A stretch of DNA of 64,000 nt from Candidatus Poribacteria bacterium (GCA_965222225.1 CBDCTK010000002.1:5216001-5280000); one strand, 5' to 3'. Shown: positions 27,401-37,973, counted from the stretch's first letter. Notes: a model not told the origin generated them from the sequence alone. Numbers and translations are program-made.

Positions 27401-29392
27401 ATGGTACGCCACTCTCGTCTCATATTAATTCTCGTAATCTCTGCTATCGTGACAGCAGGGTTGATTTTGCTAAACGTCGCTCGTACATCAACGTGGGCAC
27501 AGGATTCAGATGTCGATGAAGAAAAAGCGAATCACTCGCACGGCACTGGGGACGATGCGCATGTACACGGCGAACGCGAGGGGCATACACATGGCACCGG
27601 AGATAATGATCGCGTTCACGGCGAAGACTCAAGCCATCCGCACGCCGAAGAAGACACGGTGAGACTCAGCGATAAAGCAAAAGCCAACATCGGATTGAAA
27701 ACTGCCGAAACCGATGTCCGCACAATTGAGCAAGGAGTGCAAGTTACCGGAAATGTAATACCCCATCCATCGGGGCGGATAGATGTCACACCACGAATCG
27801 GTGGCATCGTGAGGAACATCCATTTCAGTCTCGGCGACTCACCTGACAAGGGCGATGTGCTACTTGAATTGGAGAGCCTTGACCTGCAAATGGCACAAAT
27901 CGAACTGATTGAAGCGGTAGCTCAGCAGAAATCGTTAGTCGCCAAACTGGAGAGATTGACGGAAGTTTTCGCCAAGCAGATTCGGCGGGAATTACAAACG
28001 CGGCAAATTGACTATTTGCAATCGCTTTCGGAGTTGGAACAACTGCAGCTTGCAGTCAAGAAACGCAGAGCGCTTGCAGTGGCGAAGACCATCTCGGTGT
28101 TAGAGCAGATGCGCTTTCGATTAGTCAAAGCCGATATTGAACGCACGCTACTGGAAACCACACTCGAAAGGATTGAAACCTTGGCAGAAAAGCGAATCTC
28201 GGCACAAAAGGAACTTATTGCGCAACAGGCAGCATACAGGAAAGGGAAGAGTGAGTTGGCAGATGTGAAGCGCCAATTTCAGATCCTCGGCATCAATGAA
28301 CAGACGCTGGGAACCATCCTTAGCGATGGAGGAGAAACCCCAGTCCTTTCGCTACTGGATCTAGCCAGTTTAGATGCAGATCCTACAATGAAAAGTACGT
28401 CCGAAACCTTGCTGGAAAAGTATGCGATGCTTAGTGCGGAAGGCATGGAGGTTGTTGATGCAAAAGCAGCATACAAAATAGCGGCTATCAAGGTTGCCGC
28501 AAACAAACAGCGCGCCTTGGCAGCTGGCTTAAGCGATACAATTCTTGATATCCTCGCTCGAACCGATTCGATTGTATCGTTCAACGACTTATCCGCCGCT
28601 GAACTGATTGAGACCTACCTTGCCTTCGTCGAAAGCTCGGAAGCGCTAGAGGGAATGCTTCAAATGGAAGAAGCGCTTCGCGGCGCCATCATTACCCTGC
28701 AGAAGATTCGCCAGAAACTTCAAGTGTCGGGACTCGCATCTGAGGAGATTGAAAAAATTGCCCAAACAGGTCAGCCGTCCCCAATATTCTACGTCAAAGC
28801 ACCCGCCTCGGGGCAAATCGTTAAGCAGCATGTGACCCTTGGCTCCACGGTTGAGAAAAGCGACGTGCTCTTCTCGATACTGGACACCGGCATCGTTTGG
28901 GTTGAAGGCGAAGCATATGAAGACATACTCGCACTCATTCAGGAAAAATTTCGGGTGGGCCGTGAGGTGCGTATTCGTGTCACGGCATACCCTGATACCA
29001 CTTTCCCTGGCAAGATCTCCCACATTTCGGACGCAATGGACCCCGATAAACGTACCGTTCACTTTTGGGCGGAAGTAGACAATCCATCTCACCAACTCAA
29101 GCCGGGGATGTTCGCAGAGCAGACGATTGTCCTTGAAAAAATTGCAGATGTTTTGAGCGTACCGTTGAAGGCAGTGCTTGAAGAGGGTGGCAGCCGGTTC
29201 GTTTTTGTGGAGCACGGTGCCGCCTACACCAAGCAAGAAATTGTTGTGGGTGCGGAAGATGACCGGTTTATCGAAATAAGAGATGGTCTGTTTCCGGGCG
29301 AGCGTGTGGTTGTTCAGGGGCAGCATCAGTTGTTGCGGGCAACAGTGAACGTATCTGAAGCGCAAGATGCGCACGCGGGGCATTCTCACTAA
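27401..29392 (+). CDS. czcB: CzcB/CusB-family RND periplasmic adaptor, elongated, with His-rich N-terminus
   Basis: VTPRIGGIV...GD..DKGDVLLELES, VKAPASGQIV, LKPGMFAE, GLFPGERVVVQG, terminal HAGHSH. Confidence 0.85.
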   Translation: MVRHSRLILILVISAIVTAGLILLNVARTSTWAQDSDVDEEKANHSHGTGDDAHVHGEREGHTHGTGDNDRVHGEDSSHPHAEEDTVRLSDKAKANIGLKTAETDVRTIEQGVQVTGNVIPHPSGRIDVTPRIGGIVRNIHFSLGDSPDKGDVLLELESLDLQMAQIELIEAVAQQKSLVAKLERLTEVFAKQIRRELQTRQIDYLQSLSELEQLQLAVKKRRALAVAKTISVLEQMRFRLVKADIERTLLETTLERIETLAEKRISAQKELIAQQAAYRKGKSELADVKRQFQILGINEQTLGTILSDGGETPVLSLLDLASLDADPTMKSTSETLLEKYAMLSAEGMEVVDAKAAYKIAAIKVAANKQRALAAGLSDTILDILARTDSIVSFNDLSAAELIETYLAFVESSEALEGMLQMEEALRGAIITLQKIRQKLQVSGLASEEIEKIAQTGQPSPIFYVKAPASGQIVKQHVTLGSTVEKSDVLFSILDTGIVWVEGEAYEDILALIQEKFRVGREVRIRVTAYPDTTFPGKISHISDAMDPDKRTVHFWAEVDNPSHQLKPGMFAEQTIVLEKIADVLSVPLKAVLEEGGSRFVFVEHGAAYTKQEIVVGAEDDRFIEIRDGLFPGERVVVQGQHQLLRATVNVSEAQDAHAGHSH

Positions 29393-29413
29393 GCCGCCAA
29401 AGGAGGAAGATCC

Positions 29414-32400
29414 ATGTGGTCGAAAATCACAGAGGTTGCACTCAAAAATAGGCTACTGACAATTGCCTGCATGATTGTGGTAGTTATCATTGGTTTCCGG
29501 ATGTTTCGTTCGGCGCCGATTGACGTCTATCCTGACATCAATCCACCTCGCATTACCATCCTGACCGAAGCACACGGCTGGTCCCCGGAAGAGATGGAAA
29601 CCTTGGTTACGTTACCTATCGAAAGTGCAATGAACGGTGCGCCGTATGTCGCACGGGTTCGGTCCTCCTCTGCGATCGGTTTGTCGCTGGTGTTCGTTGA
29701 ATTCAACTGGGGCATGGATATTTTTCTAGCGCGGCAAATGGTCTCTGAGCGTCTTCAACTCGTTGCCCCGAATCTGCCTCACGGTGTAGATGCGCCGATT
29801 ATCTTGCCGACATCTTCCCTTCTGGGTGAGATTCTGGAATACGCGATTGTTGATGAAATCGGGAATTTTGACGAGATGGAAATGCGCGATCTTGCAGACT
29901 GGGTAATCCGCTATCAATTGCTATCGCAGGGCGGCATCGCCAATGTAATCAACATCGGCGGCTACGTGAAGCAATACCAGGTCTTCGTTGATCCTGAGCA
30001 GTTAATAAACTATAACCTCTCGTTGGAAGATGTCGCGGATGCCCTCGCGAAAAGCAACGAAAACTCTGCTGGCGGTCTTCTTATCAAAGATACCCGAGAG
30101 TTGATGATTCGCGGATTGGGGCGGATTTCTACAGTCGCCGACATTGAAAACGCCGTCATTGATGTGCGGGGACACAGCACCCCGATTCTCGTCAAAGATG
30201 TTGCGACAGTGAAAATCGGGGAACTTCCGGAGATACGGCGCGGGGCAGGCAGTCACAATGGGAAAGAGACCGTCCTGGGAAAGGTCGTTAAGCAACCGGG
30301 GGTCAATACGATGAGTCTCAGCGACAAGGTGGTTTCTGTATTAAAATCGCTGGAGAAGACACTCCCCGAAGGTATCAAGATTAAAATCGAGTACGCGCAA
30401 GCCGAGCTGATTCGGCGCGCCGTGGACACCGTCAAAGATGCCCTGCGTGATGGCGCGATTCTCGTCGTTGTAATCCTGGCTATCTTCCTCTTCAACATCC
30501 GCACCGCATTGATTACCCTCACCGCTATCCCGCTTTCGTTAATTATGGCGCTCATTGTCCTGCTATCTCAGGGGAGCACCCTCAATATCATGACGCTCGC
30601 GGGCTTGGCGATTGCTGTCGGAATGGTGGTTGACGACGCGATTGTCTACGTTGAAAACATCTTTCGACGATTGCAGGAGTACTTCCGGCTTCGCAGCAGG
30701 GGCGAGGCAACCGATGAAACACCCACACAGGTTGTGAGACGCGCAAGTGATGAGATCCGGTCGTCAATTGTTTTCGCGACGCTGATTATCATCCTCGTTT
30801 TTGTGCCGTTGTTCAGCCTGAGCGGTATGGAGGGCAGGATGTTTCGTCCTCTTGGATGGGCTGTCGTCATTTCAATGGCGGCATCGCTGCTCGTCGCATT
30901 AACGGTGGTTCCCGTATTGAGCGACCTCCTGTTAACGCGTTTCGGTAGACGACGCAAAGGAGAAGCATCAATTCTTGCCTCGAAAGAAAGTCCCATTGTT
31001 GTTTGGATTAAACGGGCTTATCGTCCTATTCTGTCCGTGGTCATGCGGTTGCGTTGGGGTGTTGTAGCCTTGGCGCTGTTGCTGATCGTCTTTACAGTGA
31101 CGGCGATTCCTCGCTTGGGCCGCGAATTTCTGCCCGTTATGGATGAAGCCACTTTTACTATCGCTGTCTTCTCGCCGCCGGGAACCTCGTTGGGAGAATC
31201 CACACGCATCGGACGTGAGATGGAAACTAGGCTCTTGACGCTTCCGGAAGTGACAAGCGTTAGCAGTCGCACCGGACGCGCGGAAGCCGATGAACACGCC
31301 CACAGCGTGAATACCCATGAAATCGTGGTAAACTTTATTCCGCCCGATGAACGGGAGAAGACACGAGAAGAACTACTTACCGAAGTGCGCGCATTGCTCT
31401 CGACGGAAAACTTCCCCGGCGTGATTGTTTCCGTTGGTCAACCGATACAGCATCGTCTCGATCATCTCTTGTCGGGCGTTAGCGCGCAAGTGGCGTTGAA
31501 ACTATTTGGCCCAGACCTCGACACGCTCAGGCAGAAAGCGGAGGAGATTCATTCGGTTATCTCGGAGATTCCAGGCGTAGCCGATTTATGGATTGAACAA
31601 CAGGTGCAAGTGGAGCAACTCCAGATTCGGGTCAAGCGACTTGAAGCGGCACGCTACGGCTTACGGGTGGAAGACGTGACGCATTTCACGGAGAGTGCCT
31701 TCAAAGGCGAAGCCGTCAGTCAGGTCATCCAAGGGCAACGCCAATATGCGCTCGTGGTTCGTGTTGATCCGACGCTTGTCAAGACCGTCGAATCCGTCGG
31801 AGACCTGAAACTCAGAACACCCTCGGGGACATTCGTTCAGTTAAAACAGGTCGCCGACGTTGGCTACGGGTTCGGACCAAATACCATCAATCGCGAGAAT
31901 GTTTCCCGGCGGATTGTGATTCAGTGTAACGTCCAAAATCGAGACCTCGGTAACTTTATTGCCCAAGTCCAACGGGAGATTAACGCGAACATTGACCTGC
32001 CAGAGGCGTATTTTCTGACCTACGGTGGGCAGTTTGAAAGCCAACAAGCGGCGCAAAAACGGATTCTAATTCAGACAGGTTTTGTCCTGGTCGGCATCTG
32101 TATTCTGTTGTATCTTGCGATGGATTCCATCCGGATTTCATTACTGGTAATGCTGAACCTACCGTTGGCGTTAATCGGCGGCGTTGTCAGTGTCTTTCTC
32201 ACTGGAGGTGTGTTGAGTATTCCGTCGATGGTAGGTTTTATTCTTCTGTTCGGCATCGCCGTGAGGAACGGCATTATCTTGGTCACACACATCAATACCC
32301 TACGCGCCGAAGGTATGCCCCTCTACGATGCCGTGATGAAGGGTGCCGAAGAACGCATTAGCCCGGTGTTAATGACAGCCTTGACCACGGGGCTGGGGAT

Positions 32401-32545
32401 GTTGCCGCTCGCGCTTGCCCACGGTTCGGGCGCGGAGCTTCAGAAACCACTCGCAATCGTTATCAGTGGTGGGATGATAACATCAACGCTCTTGACGCTG
32501 CTCGTTTTGCCGGTATTGTACTATATTGTCGAAAATCGTAGGTAG
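29414..32545 (+). CDS. czcA: CzcA/CusA-family heavy-metal RND transporter
   Basis: 1043 aa; PIDVYPDI, GMVVDDAIVYVENI, EGRMFRPL, ERISPVLMTAL, GAELQKPLAIV. Confidence 0.93.
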   Translation: MWSKITEVALKNRLLTIACMIVVVIIGFRMFRSAPIDVYPDINPPRITILTEAHGWSPEEMETLVTLPIESAMNGAPYVARVRSSSAIGLSLVFVEFNWGMDIFLARQMVSERLQLVAPNLPHGVDAPIILPTSSLLGEILEYAIVDEIGNFDEMEMRDLADWVIRYQLLSQGGIANVINIGGYVKQYQVFVDPEQLINYNLSLEDVADALAKSNENSAGGLLIKDTRELMIRGLGRISTVADIENAVIDVRGHSTPILVKDVATVKIGELPEIRRGAGSHNGKETVLGKVVKQPGVNTMSLSDKVVSVLKSLEKTLPEGIKIKIEYAQAELIRRAVDTVKDALRDGAILVVVILAIFLFNIRTALITLTAIPLSLIMALIVLLSQGSTLNIMTLAGLAIAVGMVVDDAIVYVENIFRRLQEYFRLRSRGEATDETPTQVVRRASDEIRSSIVFATLIIILVFVPLFSLSGMEGRMFRPLGWAVVISMAASLLVALTVVPVLSDLLLTRFGRRRKGEASILASKESPIVVWIKRAYRPILSVVMRLRWGVVALALLLIVFTVTAIPRLGREFLPVMDEATFTIAVFSPPGTSLGESTRIGREMETRLLTLPEVTSVSSRTGRAEADEHAHSVNTHEIVVNFIPPDEREKTREELLTEVRALLSTENFPGVIVSVGQPIQHRLDHLLSGVSAQVALKLFGPDLDTLRQKAEEIHSVISEIPGVADLWIEQQVQVEQLQIRVKRLEAARYGLRVEDVTHFTESAFKGEAVSQVIQGQRQYALVVRVDPTLVKTVESVGDLKLRTPSGTFVQLKQVADVGYGFGPNTINRENVSRRIVIQCNVQNRDLGNFIAQVQREINANIDLPEAYFLTYGGQFESQQAAQKRILIQTGFVLVGICILLYLAMDSIRISLLVMLNLPLALIGGVVSVFLTGGVLSIPSMVGFILLFGIAVRNGIILVTHINTLRAEGMPLYDAVMKGAEERISPVLMTALTTGLGMLPLALAHGSGAELQKPLAIVISGGMITSTLLTLLVLPVLYYIVENRR

Positions 32546-32565
32546 TACACCGATAACAATCTGTA

Positions 32566-32743
32566 GAATCAAGCGACCAGAAAGTGAGCAGGATTTTTTA
32601 TCGCCCTTCCTATCCGGTCGGTTGATCGATAGAGTTCTCACCAGCCTTTGGGAGTCCCTTTGTGCAATCAAGCAACTGAACAAGGAGTAGGAGGGGCATC
32701 TTGCCCCGACCGACCCAGTAACAACGAGTGCGATAGTAATCCC
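32566..32743. repeat. GATCAA-hairpin repeat cluster with an inverted unit and REP
   Basis: Minus-strand unit 32598-32627 lies inside a plus-strand unit; GTAGGAGGGGCATCTTGCCCC REP nearby. Confidence 0.75.
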
Positions 32744-32931
32744 ATGGAGCCCCCTTTTTTCCTCAATACTCGGTTTTCCCGTCCCTTCGACCCTTCCATT
32801 CTTCCAGTCACTCTCCCCGATTTTCCCTTTCACTTGCCCTATTTATGTCCATCTGCGTGCATTGCACTCTTTCATCCTCCCTTTCTTCCTTTCAATCCGC
32901 ATCTGAGGCGCTGGGCCTCCTTCGTTGTTTC

Positions 32932-32960
32932 TTGACATCTTCGTTTGCATGTGTTTTAAT
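32932..32960 (+). promoter_or_regulatory. Putative sigma70 promoter of the TonB-dependent receptor
   Basis: TTGACA-17 bp-TTTAAT with TG extension. Confidence 0.55.
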
Positions 32961-33097
32961 AAAAAAGTTCCCTAATCTCCACCGATAATCCCTAGAGTGG
33001 CACCCATTGTACTCAACACCGATGCGCTCGAAAGGGCGTTGAAGGTGATAAAAACAGCACTACCCAGCGCTTCAATTGTAATACCTTTCGAGCCCGC

Positions 33098-35302
33098 ATG
33101 AAGTGGTTTCGCCTATCTTTAGTTGCCATCTTCCTAATTAACAGTATACAAGCGATAGCTTTGCCCCAATCCGCTTCTGTTTCGGGACAGGTTGTTGATG
33201 ATTTGACATGGCTTCCAATTAGTGATGTCCAAGTTACACTTGTAGTAGAAGAAGCGACAATCCTCTCCCGGACCGATGCGAACGGGAATTTTCGGTTTGA
33301 TGGAATTGCACCGGGCACATACACGCTTCGTTTTGTTCGCGACACTTACCAAATGTTGGAGAGAGTAATTGATGTCGCCAGGAATCTGCCGGCATTGACG
33401 GTTTCGCTGAAGAGCCGCACGGTCCAGCTTGAAGAGATTCTGGTCACGCCTGACGACGATGCTCTCGCTAATCTTGAAAAAACGACAGATCTCGCGCTCT
33501 CTGAGGCGCGACTGGATGAAAAGATGGGGATTACGATCGCCGACGCGCTTAGCGATGAGGTGGGAATCGCGCAACGGTCGATGGGACGCGCGGTAGCGCG
33601 TCCGGTCATTCGAGGCATGGGTGGTGACCGATTGCTCATTCTTGAGGATGGCGAACGCACAGGCGATAAATCTGCATCCGCGGCAGACCATGCGGTTGCA
33701 ATCGATCCGAGCACCGCGAAAAATATCAAGGTAATCCGTGGCCCCGCGTCGCTCATCTACGGTTCAAACACCCTCGGCGGCGTCGTAAATGTCAAACGCG
33801 AAACTATCCCGAAAGCCGTGCCCAACCACCCTACGGTAGACCTCAAGTTTCAGAGTGAATCCGTCAATTCGGGAATTGCCGCGATAACAGGGTTGACGGT
33901 TCCAGTCGGTGATTTTGCCTGGAGGTTGGCGTGGAATCGTCGCTATGCTAATGACACGCACACTCCTGTTGGCGTTTTGGAAAACACATCTCTGTCAAAT
34001 ACCAGTTTTTCAAGCGGTGCTTCCGTGGTCAAGAACTGGGGTCACGTTGGCGTATCGGGGGGTCGATACCGTTCCGATTACGGGATTCCCGGGTCACCGG
34101 AAGGACACATCTCGGGAGTCAACATCGCACTCGATCGCCAGCGGTATGAAGGCAACGTTGAGTATGCGTTCAATGACTCATATCTTGAGAAGTTGAAACT
34201 GCACTCCACTCATACGCGCTATCAGCATCAGGAGTTTGAATCAAACAAAACACTCGGAGTTGAATTTGTTGCATTGACTTCCAACGTGTCCGCGTTGGCA
34301 CATCTGGAGGGTGATGCAATAGCGGGAATGTGGGGCGAGTATCGCGATCATTCGACGGGCGGATTCTACTGGACGCCACACACGCGGGAGATTTCTATCG
34401 CGGGTTTCTACTTCAATCAGAGACAATTCAACGACTTTACACTACAAGGAGCAATTCGCTACGACATCAAGCGAGTCGAGCCGTTTAAGACAGGCACTGT
34501 AACCCGCGCAGGAATGGTTCGGCGCAGAAACTTTGGCGGCGTGTCAGGTGCCGTGTCGGGCATCTACCATTGGAGCGACGGTTTGAAGACTGGGGCGACG
34601 ATGATGAAAGCGTTTCGTGCTCCCGGAATTGAAGAACTCTTTTCGGATGGGCCTCATCTTGCAGCTTACTCCTACGAGATTGGTAACTCCGAACTCGACA
34701 CCGAGAACGGCTGGGGAACAGAGGCGTTTCTGCGCTATTCGGTAGGTCGGGTAAAGCTGAATCTCGCACTTTTTCGCAACCAGATTTTCGGTTACCTGAT
34801 TCCGACTAACACCGGCGAAAAGGAGTGGGGCAGCGGCGCCGTGGGATGGTTGTGGATTTATCAATACCGAGGACAGGATGCTATCCTCGACGGTGCCGAA
34901 TTGAGCGTTGACGCCGAAATTATCCCGTGGTTGCACGCGCAGGTGCGCATGAGTTATGTCAGGGGGACTTTGGCGACCAATGAATTGCCAGTTGAACGTA
35001 TTCCGCCTCTAAACGGAAAAGTGGCGATCCGACACGTGACAAAATCGTCGAACTTTCACGTGTCGGCGCGATTCTCGGATTCGCAGCACCGGTTAGGCGA
35101 GTTTGAGCTTCCTACGGATGGATACATCGCCTATGACGTGGGTTGCCAGTATATGTTCTCGATTTGGGGGCTTCAACATCAAACGGTTTTTGCTATTGAG
35201 AACATCCTTGACACGGAGTACCGGCAACACCTTTCGAGAATCAAAGTGGTAATGCCGGAGCCGGGACGCAACGTCAAGTTCCTGTATCGAATCGGATACT
35301 AA
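33098..35302 (+). CDS. TonB-dependent receptor (ZnuD-like, probable metal uptake)
   Basis: Carboxypeptidase-regulatory-like N domain; plug RPVIRGMGGDRLLILEDG...DHAVAID...VIRGPASLIYGSNTLGGVVN; RAPGIEELFSDGPH; ENILDTEYRQHLS...PGRNV. Confidence 0.92.
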   Translation: MKWFRLSLVAIFLINSIQAIALPQSASVSGQVVDDLTWLPISDVQVTLVVEEATILSRTDANGNFRFDGIAPGTYTLRFVRDTYQMLERVIDVARNLPALTVSLKSRTVQLEEILVTPDDDALANLEKTTDLALSEARLDEKMGITIADALSDEVGIAQRSMGRAVARPVIRGMGGDRLLILEDGERTGDKSASAADHAVAIDPSTAKNIKVIRGPASLIYGSNTLGGVVNVKRETIPKAVPNHPTVDLKFQSESVNSGIAAITGLTVPVGDFAWRLAWNRRYANDTHTPVGVLENTSLSNTSFSSGASVVKNWGHVGVSGGRYRSDYGIPGSPEGHISGVNIALDRQRYEGNVEYAFNDSYLEKLKLHSTHTRYQHQEFESNKTLGVEFVALTSNVSALAHLEGDAIAGMWGEYRDHSTGGFYWTPHTREISIAGFYFNQRQFNDFTLQGAIRYDIKRVEPFKTGTVTRAGMVRRRNFGGVSGAVSGIYHWSDGLKTGATMMKAFRAPGIEELFSDGPHLAAYSYEIGNSELDTENGWGTEAFLRYSVGRVKLNLALFRNQIFGYLIPTNTGEKEWGSGAVGWLWIYQYRGQDAILDGAELSVDAEIIPWLHAQVRMSYVRGTLATNELPVERIPPLNGKVAIRHVTKSSNFHVSARFSDSQHRLGEFELPTDGYIAYDVGCQYMFSIWGLQHQTVFAIENILDTEYRQHLSRIKVVMPEPGRNVKFLYRIGY

Positions 35303-35303
35303 C

Positions 35304-35512
35304 GATCAACTGAGTGGATAACGAAGGCGATAGAAATCCCATACAGATCTTACCAGCCTTTGAGAGCGCCAGCGGCGATCAAGCGACTGATTAAGGAGCG
35401 CGATAGTAAATCCCGTGCGATGGAAATCTTCAGGTGTATAGCAGCAAGCCACCCTACACCAAGGCCCCGGTGCGGGATCAACCGACCGGAAAGGAAGGAC
35501 GATAGAGATTCT
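35304..35512 (+). repeat. GATCAA-hairpin repeat cluster (3 full units)
   Basis: Units at 35304, 35377, 35476, starting 1 bp after the stop codon. Confidence 0.85.
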
Positions 35513-35630
35513 CATGCTTCGCATTGGAAAGACTCGGTCGACACTATTTGTAACCGCTTATAATTGCAAATTTAGGGTGATGGTATTATTGCCCTACCCG
35601 ACAACATTGACAAGCAGGCGCACGTACTAT

Positions 35631-36275
35631 CTAAAATCGGAGGGTGAGAACAGTGCCTATTCCCCTGTTCGAGGTCACGGGGTCGATTCCAACCGTGGCT
35701 CGTTCACCATCAAGTTCAATCAAATGCCGGTAAGAAACCTGCTGATTCTGCCGATTAATCCTGTTGGCGGACATCGGCGCGTCAATCAGTGACCAAATCG
35801 CTCCGCCAAGGAGTAGCACATACCCGGGAATGCTCCGCCAATCGTCGTTGTCCGCGTCGAGGTTGCCATCAGGTTCGTCGACGTTATCGCCAACCGCGCT
35901 GAGTACAAGTCCCAATCCTACCACTGCCGCGCCCATTTGCGCGACTCCCTTCGTGTACTCCCCATTGTAGAATTGTCCGGAGCCGACGATCGGAAACGAC
36001 AAACCGAGTGCTACCATGGGGTTCTTCTTCTGGCTAAGAGTTCGCGAACCGAAAGCAGGATCTCTGGATATTCTGACAATCTCGTGCATCCTATATTTGA
36101 ACTCCTTGCCGTCTCGCCGCTTTATCTTTAGCGATTTGTCCGGAATCTGCTCCAGAATCGTGCCGCGCACGATGCCTCCATTCTCAAGGTAAACGACATC
36201 CTCTACCTGCTGTGCAGAAACTGTGGTAGCCACTGCAAATACCATCGCGAATACAACCAATGTAACACGTACCAT
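35631..36275 (-). CDS. Exported/membrane hypothetical protein (DUF5683-like C-terminal half)
   Basis: Signal peptide, DVVYLENGGIVRGTILEQ, KKNPMVALGLSFPIVGSGQFYNG..KG, WSLIDAPMSANRIN; GGAG RBS. Confidence 0.7.
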   Translation of the reverse strand: MVRVTLVVFAMVFAVATTVSAQQVEDVVYLENGGIVRGTILEQIPDKSLKIKRRDGKEFKYRMHEIVRISRDPAFGSRTLSQKKNPMVALGLSFPIVGSGQFYNGEYTKGVAQMGAAVVGLGLVLSAVGDNVDEPDGNLDADNDDWRSIPGYVLLLGGAIWSLIDAPMSANRINRQNQQVSYRHLIELDGERATVGIDPVTSNRGIGTVLTLRF

Positions 36276-36370
36276 AGCTCCTCCTACATGTCTTGCTCAT
36301 GTCTTGCTACAAGGGCCCCCAGTCTGGAAACAATGCCGAGATAGGCATTGTCCGGTTTTTCAGGGTTTCG

Positions 36371-37528
36371 TTAGCCGATTTGGACAACCTTCCCGCTTGC
36401 TGCCGACTGGAACGCCGCCGTAATCACCGCAACCGACTGTGCCGCCATTTCGGCGTTCATTTCACTTTCCACGCCGTTGTCGACACAGTCGACAAACGAG
36501 GAAATTTCCTCCTGACCCTGTCCGTCACTGACGGAAACCCAATGCTGTTTCGGCGGCCCCGTAGATTTGGTCTGGGTACTCCCCCACATTCCCGTTGGGT
36601 CTAAGGGATTAGGCGGAGGCGGCTGAAAAGTGGGTTCATCTGCGAAAACTTCCAAGTGAGATTTTGAAGGGTCAAATGTCAATGTGTCACGCGTCCCGAC
36701 GAGGTGAAGCCGCCAAATGCCGCCTTGGGGATGGCTCAACCATCCAATCCGACCTCCGGAGACCGTCGCGGTGACACCGTCCTCCAATGTCAAAGCCATT
36801 GCCCCAAAATCCTCCACATTGCGATCGAAGTGCCCCTTGAAGAAATAATTGGCGGTGTTTGCGTAGACCGTCTTGACCGTCTTGCGAGTTAACCAATTCA
36901 CCATTGCGACTGCATAAACACCGATGTCAAACATCTCTCGCTTGGCATCGACAAAGGTGTAACGTTCCACAGTGGGTTTTTCTATGCGCTTGTTGCCCGC
37001 AGGCGCAGACCCCGGATGCCCCTTGGCAAAGAGCACGTCGCAGTGAATGGCGCGAAGTTCGCCGACGTCCCCGCGATCTAATGCCTGACGCGCAGCTTGT
37101 GCAGGTGGATTGTGTATGTTGGTGTACATCTGGGTGCGAACGCCGGATCGCTTCACCGCCGCTACAATCTTTGCTGCGTCATCGGGGTTCAACGCAAGCG
37201 GTTTGTCCAGATAGACGTGCTTTCCCGCCTCCGCGCACCGAGCGCCCACGCGCCCGCGCCGCTCAGTCTCTACGCATGAGCACACGATATGCACGTCGTC
37301 ACGCGCCAACGCCTCCTCCAAATCCGGTATGTAAGGAATGTCTAATTCTCTGGCGAGTGCGCGGTTCAGTTCAACACGATCGGATGGCGCATCTAGCTCA
37401 TCAGACGACGCGATAAGCCGACATCGAGGGTCTGCGGCGAAAAGACGCGAATATCCTTCCTGGTGCGATCGATGCCCGCCAATTATTAGTACACCGTACT
37501 TTTCTTGACTGTCCATGTCACTCCTCAC
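36371..37528 (-). CDS. Gfo/Idh/MocA-family oxidoreductase
   Basis: AGKHVYLDKPLA, FDIGVY, VEDFG; start may be the ATG at 37516. Confidence 0.88.
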   Translation of the reverse strand: MRSDMDSQEKYGVLIIGGHRSHQEGYSRLFAADPRCRLIASSDELDAPSDRVELNRALARELDIPYIPDLEEALARDDVHIVCSCVETERRGRVGARCAEAGKHVYLDKPLALNPDDAAKIVAAVKRSGVRTQMYTNIHNPPAQAARQALDRGDVGELRAIHCDVLFAKGHPGSAPAGNKRIEKPTVERYTFVDAKREMFDIGVYAVAMVNWLTRKTVKTVYANTANYFFKGHFDRNVEDFGAMALTLEDGVTATVSGGRIGWLSHPQGGIWRLHLVGTRDTLTFDPSKSHLEVFADEPTFQPPPPNPLDPTGMWGSTQTKSTGPPKQHWVSVSDGQGQEEISSFVDCVDNGVESEMNAEMAAQSVAVITAAFQSAASGKVVQIG

Positions 37529-37973
37529 TCCTCAAGTTTACAGGTTCTCCCGACGCAATCGCCCGACTAATCAGATCAGAGAGTTTTCCTTCGTCATCAA
37601 GTTGAATCGAGGACCGCATCAACCGATACTGCCCACGCGGAGTTTCGTGATAGATTGCCCCTCGATTTCCGACTAGAGCCAAATCTATGGATTCCTCCTG
37701 ATTGGCTGCAACGCGATTCACGCTAAGTAAAGCCGTCTGTCCACCCGCGTATTTAATCATCGTCGTGGACTGAGTCCCATCCTGACTCTGCTGCACATAA
37801 ATCTGTTCAGGTGATGACGGCATCCAAGCATTCGCGATGTTCGCGAGTGCAGCGCTTGCCCCGACGGTATCCCCATCCTTGAGCGGAGACTGTAATAGAC
37901 AACGAACGAACACCGGGCTGCCTATTCGTCCTTCGTTGATAACGGATTGAACCGATTTCTGCAGAGATTCCAA
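37518..37973 (-). CDS. Hypothetical protein resembling the Gfo/Idh/MocA C-terminal domain
   Basis: VINEGRIGSPVFVR...IKYAGGQTALLS...LVGNRGAI...RAIASGEPV; no Rossmann fold. Confidence 0.6.
   Translation of the reverse strand: MESLQKSVQSVINEGRIGSPVFVRCLLQSPLKDGDTVGASAALANIANAWMPSSPEQIYVQQSQDGTQSTTMIKYAGGQTALLSVNRVAANQEESIDLALVGNRGAIYHETPRGQYRLMRSSIQLDDEGKLSDLISRAIASGEPVNLRSEE

Noticed and set aside
32960-33097. Possible riboswitch in the TonB receptor leader
   Set aside because: No cobalamin, TPP or other aptamer consensus recognisable by eye; an Rfam scan is needed.
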